Positions 59,324 to 64,000 of a stretch of DNA of 64,000 nt are shown here, one piece after another. Source of the stretch: a candidate division NPL-UPA2 bacterium Unc8 (GTDB lineage: Bacteria; NPL-UPA2); the NCBI GenBank assembly GCA_003574845.1, contig NDHY01000003.1, positions 646 to 64,645 on the forward strand, written 5' to 3'. The notes under the pieces were generated by a model that did no database searches, was not told where the DNA came from, and saw only the letters and a list, made by a program, of their open reading frames with translations. The first letter of the stretch is position 1. Each line of letters starts with the position of its first letter. The position numbers and the translations under genes were made by a program.

Positions 59324-60541
59324 TCACCTTTTTCTTATGGTCACCGATGCCGCATGGTGATGAAGGCATTCAACCTCTGCCAGCATCAATGTCATCTCTC
59401 CGATCTGGTGCAGTCTCTTCTGGCTGCAAGAAATAACATTTATACTTTTACGAAAATCATCTACTGAGAGTCCGGCTGAAAATTTAGCTGTCCCCCCGGT
59501 TGGCAGAATATGGCTTGGACCCGCTGAGTAATCTCCTAATGCCACCGGACTATAATCGCCAAGAAAGATTGCGCCGCTATTTTTAATTTCTTTTAATATC
59601 TTGCGCGGTTTCTCAACCATTATTTCTAAGTGTTCAGGAGCAATTTCATTTACCATAAAGATACTTTCTTTGAGTGTTCGGGTAACAATGATGTGGAATC
59701 CTTTAGCCTCCTTTTCAACCTCCTGTGCTAAGGCAGGAGAATGAGTTATCAGAATAGCCATTCCCTCGTTGTGCTCTGCCTGAGCTTTCAGGTCAGCAGC
59801 GATGAAGCGAGCATTTGCCGTGGCATCAGTTAGAATAACTACCTCACTCGGTCCGGGGAGAAGGTCAATGCCAACCTTGCCAAATACCTGCCTTTTAGCA
59901 GATATAACAAATTTATTTCCTGGTCCAAATATCTTATCTACTTTTTTTACTCTTTGAGTGCCAAATGCAAAGGCAGCAATTGCCTGAGCGCCGCCAATCC
60001 TATAGACCTCCTTTATACCTAAGAGATGAGCTGCTCCAATTATATACGGGTGTGGCAAGCCTTCTTCTTTAGGAGGAGAGGCAATCGCAATGGAGTTAAC
60101 TCCAGCAGCAATGGCTGGCACGACGGTCATCAAAAGGCTGGAGATGAGTGGTTTTTCCCCTCCAGGAACATAGATTCCCACCCTTTCAAGCGGCTGGTAC
60201 AACTTGCCCAGGAGGAGTCCACTTTTTCTAACAGACCATGATTTTCTCATATCCATCCGCTGAAATTCTTTAATACTTTTTTCTACATCACGGATTACCT
60301 GGCGTAATTTGTGGTCAATTCTTTTAGAAGCAGTGGCAATCTCTTTCTGAGAAAGACGCAGCTCTTCTTCTCTTAGAGACACACCGTCAAACTCCTGAGT
60401 ATATCTGATGAGCGCTTTGTCTCCTTCCTTTGCCACCGCATGAATTATTTTTTTTACTTTTCTATCAACAGTTTCATTAAAGACAGACCTCTCAATGAAT
60501 CCGTCAATTATTTCTTTGTCTTTTCTGGCGCAGAGAATCAT
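59324..60541 (-). CDS. hisD: Histidinol dehydrogenase
   Basis: GIYVPGG, GGAQAIAA, GPGN, GPSE, QAEH, APEHL, GPSHILPT. Confidence 0.95.
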   Translation of the reverse strand: MILCARKDKEIIDGFIERSVFNETVDRKVKKIIHAVAKEGDKALIRYTQEFDGVSLREEELRLSQKEIATASKRIDHKLRQVIRDVEKSIKEFQRMDMRKSWSVRKSGLLLGKLYQPLERVGIYVPGGEKPLISSLLMTVVPAIAAGVNSIAIASPPKEEGLPHPYIIGAAHLLGIKEVYRIGGAQAIAAFAFGTQRVKKVDKIFGPGNKFVISAKRQVFGKVGIDLLPGPSEVVILTDATANARFIAADLKAQAEHNEGMAILITHSPALAQEVEKEAKGFHIIVTRTLKESIFMVNEIAPEHLEIMVEKPRKILKEIKNSGAIFLGDYSPVALGDYSAGPSHILPTGGTAKFSAGLSVDDFRKSINVISCSQKRLHQIGEMTLMLAEVECLHHHAASVTIRKR

Positions 60542-61827
60542 TTTTTCTTCTTTCCTGAAGGCTTATCAGTAACTCTTTTAATCTTTGCTCCAAGACTGGA
60601 GAGCTTTTCCTCTATTTTTTCGTAACCACGATCAAGATGATACACTCTGGAAACCTCAGTTTCTCCATCAGCAGCTAAACCGGCAAGAATTAGTGCAGCA
60701 CTTGCTCTCAAATCAGATGCTGTCACTTGAGCACCGCCAAGCTTTTCTACCCCGATGATGGTTGCCCGCGGGCCCTGACGCACAATGTTAGCTCCCATTC
60801 GCAGCAGCTCTCCAACATGAATGAATCTATCAGGATATACCATATCCGCAACGATACTTGTGCCTTTTGCAATACTCATCAGGGACATCATTTGCGCTTG
60901 CATGTCCGTAGGAAATCCCGGGTAAGGCAGAGCAATTACATTTACTGCCTTTAATTCATTTTTTCTTTTTACCTTCAGGCCATCGGGCGCTCTTTCAATT
61001 TTAACTCCTGCTTCTTCAAGCCTGTCTATAACTGCCGTCAGATGTTCATGGCGAGCTCCTTTCAATAGGGTATCCCCGCCACTGATGGCAACGGCAATGA
61101 GGTATGTTCCTGCCTCAATACGATCCGGGATAATAGTGTGTTCCGCTCCTCCGAGTTCTTCCACTCCCTCAATCCGCAAGATGTGTGTTCCCGCTCCGAT
61201 GATTTTTGCTCCCATCGCATTAAGGAAAGCTGCCAGGTCGGCAATCTCTGGCTCACAGGCAGCTCCTTCAATTATTGTCTCTCCTCTGGCGAGTGTTGCT
61301 GCCATCATTACATTTGCTGTCCCCAAGACGGTGGAGCCAAGCGGACCCCCAAGATAGATTTCGTTTCCACGCAAGCCATCTTCAGATTTAGCAATAATGT
61401 AGCCATGTTTCATTTCTATTTGCGCGCCTAATTTTTCTAACCCTTTTAAGTGAAGGTCTATCGGACGAGGTCCAATGACGCAGCCACCTGGATGAGAAAT
61501 CTCTACTTTGCCAAATCTCGCCAGCAGTGGTCCAAGGAGGCAGACGCTCGCTCTCATTTTTCGCACCAGGTCATGGTGAATAAAGGAGCGTTTTATCTTG
61601 TCGCATTTTATAGTAATCTCATCACCAGAGATGATAATGTTCGCCCCTAAGGCTACCAGCAGGTAGCTCATTGTAGTAACGTCCTTTAAGTTAGGAATAT
61701 TTTTAATGACAGAGCTTCCCCTGGTGAGAAGAGTAGCCGCCATAATAGGAAGAGCAGAGTTTTTTGCCCCACTAATTTTGACAGACCCTTTCAGCCTGTT
61801 CCCGCCAGAGATAATAATTTTATCCAT
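60538..61827 (-). CDS. murA: UDP-N-acetylglucosamine 1-carboxyvinyltransferase
   Basis: GAKNSALP, MRAS, PGGCVIG.RPIDLH, PGFPTD.Q, DLRA, HLDRGY. Confidence 0.97.
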   Translation of the reverse strand: MDKIIISGGNRLKGSVKISGAKNSALPIMAATLLTRGSSVIKNIPNLKDVTTMSYLLVALGANIIISGDEITIKCDKIKRSFIHHDLVRKMRASVCLLGPLLARFGKVEISHPGGCVIGPRPIDLHLKGLEKLGAQIEMKHGYIIAKSEDGLRGNEIYLGGPLGSTVLGTANVMMAATLARGETIIEGAACEPEIADLAAFLNAMGAKIIGAGTHILRIEGVEELGGAEHTIIPDRIEAGTYLIAVAISGGDTLLKGARHEHLTAVIDRLEEAGVKIERAPDGLKVKRKNELKAVNVIALPYPGFPTDMQAQMMSLMSIAKGTSIVADMVYPDRFIHVGELLRMGANIVRQGPRATIIGVEKLGGAQVTASDLRASAALILAGLAADGETEVSRVYHLDRGYEKIEEKLSSLGAKIKRVTDKPSGKKKK

Positions 61828-62685
61828 TTACTTCTTTTTTGCTATAATCACTCGTTCTATTCCTGCGTAATCATTTACTGTCTCTATCTGCTGATAACTC
61901 CCATTTTCAAAAATAATTTTTCTCACCTTCTCTGCTTGCCCAATTCCTACTTCAAGCGCTAAGTATCCTCCGCTGGAAAGAGCCCCAGATGCCAGATAAA
62001 CTATTGATGGATAAAACTTAACTCCGTCTTTTCCTCCATCAAGTGCCATATGCGGCTCATACTCTCTCACTTCCCGAGGGAGTCCTTTAATGTCATCATG
62101 AGGGACATATGGCGGATTAGAGATGACAAGGTCAAGGTTTTTAGGAAGCTTAAACTCTGATTCTAATATATCTTTACAGATAAATGCTACCGAGTCAACA
62201 TCAAGGAGTTCTTTTGCATTCTCCTTTGCAACATTTAAAGCATGGCAGGAAACATCCAGTGCGTATACCTGGCAGGAAATGGAGGTGGCTAAGCTAATTG
62301 CAATATTTCCACAGCCAGTGCCTATATCAAGGATAGTCGGCAGTCGATAGTCAATAGTCGATAGTCGCTCTATAGCCGTTTCCACCAATATTTCTGTCTC
62401 CGGGCGTGGAATCATAACATTTTCATTTACTATAAACGGGAGGGAAGAAAACCAGGTTTTACCTGTCACATACTGGGGTGGAACATACCTTGCCCGTTCC
62501 CTGATGAAACAAAAGAAAGAAAATAGCTCCTTAGTAGAAAGCGAGATGTTATGATTAAGATAAAGGCTGCTCCTTGAACAGTTGAGCAGGTCAAGAAGTA
62601 AATACTCTGCCCCTTCCCTGGCGTTCTCAATTCCATGCTCGTGGAGGTATTTTGTTCCCCATTCTAACGCTTTACTGAGCTCCAT
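61828..62685 (-). CDS. prmC: Release factor glutamine methyltransferase
   Basis: IPRPETE, LDIGTG.G, SNPPY, ALDGG.DG. Confidence 0.95.
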   Translation of the reverse strand: MELSKALEWGTKYLHEHGIENAREGAEYLLLDLLNCSRSSLYLNHNISLSTKELFSFFCFIRERARYVPPQYVTGKTWFSSLPFIVNENVMIPRPETEILVETAIERLSTIDYRLPTILDIGTGCGNIAISLATSISCQVYALDVSCHALNVAKENAKELLDVDSVAFICKDILESEFKLPKNLDLVISNPPYVPHDDIKGLPREVREYEPHMALDGGKDGVKFYPSIVYLASGALSSGGYLALEVGIGQAEKVRKIIFENGSYQQIETVNDYAGIERVIIAKKK

Positions 62686-62694
62686 TCCTATCTA

Positions 62695-63747
62695 CTACTT
62701 ACTCAATGAGGATTGGATGCCTGCGAGCAACTTATCCATATCCCCTTTTAATATTTCATCCAGATTGTGGAGAGAAAATCCAGCTCTGTGGTCAGTAATT
62801 CTGTTCTGGAGAAAGTTATAAGTTCTTGTTTTCTCGCTCCTCTCCCCGCTTTTAAGCTGCGATTTTCTCTCATTTGAGGTCTTTTTTTCTGCTTCTTTTC
62901 GGTGGTGGTCAAGTATTCTCGCTCGCAAGACACGCATTGCCTTGGAGCGATTTTTCTGCTGTGACCTCTCATCCTGACACTGAACGACTATTCCGGTAGG
63001 AATATGGGTAATCCTCACTGCAGAATCAGTAACGTTCACATGCTGACCACCAGCACCTGATGCGCGATAAGTATCAATCCTTAAATTATCCGGGCTTATC
63101 TTTACTTCCACATCCTCAGTGGCAGCTTCAAGAAGTATGGCAACGGTAACCGTTGAAGTGTGAGTCCTGCCTTGAGTTTCCGTTGTCGGGACGCGTTGTA
63201 CCCGATGAATCCCTCCTTCATACTGTAACACTTTATAGGATTCATTGCCACTAACGACAAAGATTATTTCTTTAAAGCCGCCAACCTCGGTGGGATGACT
63301 GCCCATCATCTCTATAGTCCATCCTCTTCTCTCTGCATAACGGGTATACATCTGAAATAAATCAGCAGCAAAGAGGCTTGCCTCATTTCCTCCGACTCCG
63401 GCTCTTATCTCCACAATGGCACTTCTTTTTTCATCATTATGCCCCGGTTCCATGAGAGATCGCAATTCTTCTTCCATCTTCACTCTCTGTTGCTGTAGAT
63501 TCTCAAGCTCTTCCGCTGCCAGCTTTGCCAGCTCTCTATCTTTATCTTTCAGAATTGACTTACCTTCGTCAATTGCCTGCAGCACCTTTTCATATCTTTT
63601 AAACTTTTCTACTATTTTCTTTATTTCACCGTATTCCTGCGCCAGACGGCGATATCTATCTCTATCTTCAATTACTTCAGGAGAGGAAAGAAGCAAAGAC
63701 AGTTGATTATGCCTTTCTTTCATTTTTCTAAGATGAGAAAATATCAT
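62695..63747 (-). CDS. prfA: Peptide chain release factor 1
   Basis: PTT tripeptide in RVPTTE, GGQ, GERSEK.RTYN. Confidence 0.96.
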   Translation of the reverse strand: MIFSHLRKMKERHNQLSLLLSSPEVIEDRDRYRRLAQEYGEIKKIVEKFKRYEKVLQAIDEGKSILKDKDRELAKLAAEELENLQQQRVKMEEELRSLMEPGHNDEKRSAIVEIRAGVGGNEASLFAADLFQMYTRYAERRGWTIEMMGSHPTEVGGFKEIIFVVSGNESYKVLQYEGGIHRVQRVPTTETQGRTHTSTVTVAILLEAATEDVEVKISPDNLRIDTYRASGAGGQHVNVTDSAVRITHIPTGIVVQCQDERSQQKNRSKAMRVLRARILDHHRKEAEKKTSNERKSQLKSGERSEKTRTYNFLQNRITDHRAGFSLHNLDEILKGDMDKLLAGIQSSLSK

Positions 63748-63941
63748 AGATTGTATCGCTTACGGAATCTTTCTACCTGACCAGCGCTATCCACTAATTT
63801 TTGTTTCCCTGTAAAGAAAGGATGGCACTTAGAGCATATTTCTATTTTGATGCTCTTTTTTGTAGAGCGAGTGTGAATGACTTCGCCACAAGCACAGGTG
63901 ATAACTGCTTCCCCATAAGGTGGGTGAATACCTTTCTTCAT
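63744..63941 (-). CDS. rpmE: 50S ribosomal protein L31 (Zn-binding type)
   Basis: [22 protein letters not shown]. Confidence 0.97.
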   Translation of the reverse strand: MKKGIHPPYGEAVITCACGEVIHTRSTKKSIKIEICSKCHPFFTGKQKLVDSAGQVERFRKRYNL

Positions 63942-64000
63942 ATCAAATTCCTCCTGAACCCTTTAACCCTTTTCAAAATAGTGCACCAGTCACTAATTTC

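Overview
Chromosomal window of an anaerobic bacterium of moderate to low GC content. The SpoVG with a Zn-ribbon insert, the Rnf operon and the ABC/TPR cluster suggest an uncultured PVC-adjacent candidate phylum, but this is inference only. It is mostly housekeeping genes: leuB-asd, pycB/oadA, sua5, greA, ppiD, the nrdR-nrdD-trx-nrdG operon, an RND efflux system, spoVG-ispE-hisG, xerD, rnfCDGEA, abfD, rho, coaE, rarA, pcm-surE, hisA/B/D, murA, prmC, prfA and rpmE, plus 4 tRNAs. Accessory parts are an IS1202/ISNCY-like end at the left edge, a GNAT plus nucleotidyltransferase islet after tRNA-Pro, a degraded region at 38.8-40.6 kb, and a decaying glycyl-radical/beta-oxidation island (48-54 kb) ending in an IS481 copy. 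The most striking signals are: (1) a dispersed family of composite heptamer/octamer-repeat palindromic elements at operon junctions, with heptamer runs also written in frame into protein linkers; (2) a macrodomain-Nudix ADP-ribose hydrolase fusion; (3) a glycyl radical enzyme resembling fumarate-adding enzymes, deleted at an apparent microhomology; (4) a MarR-controlled radical SAM/SPASM gene that appears to have displaced the TetR regulator of the RND pump; (5) a GspG-like pseudopilin with an inserted beta-sandwich domain. No CRISPR array or rRNA was seen. All calls come from reading motifs by eye; no searches were run.
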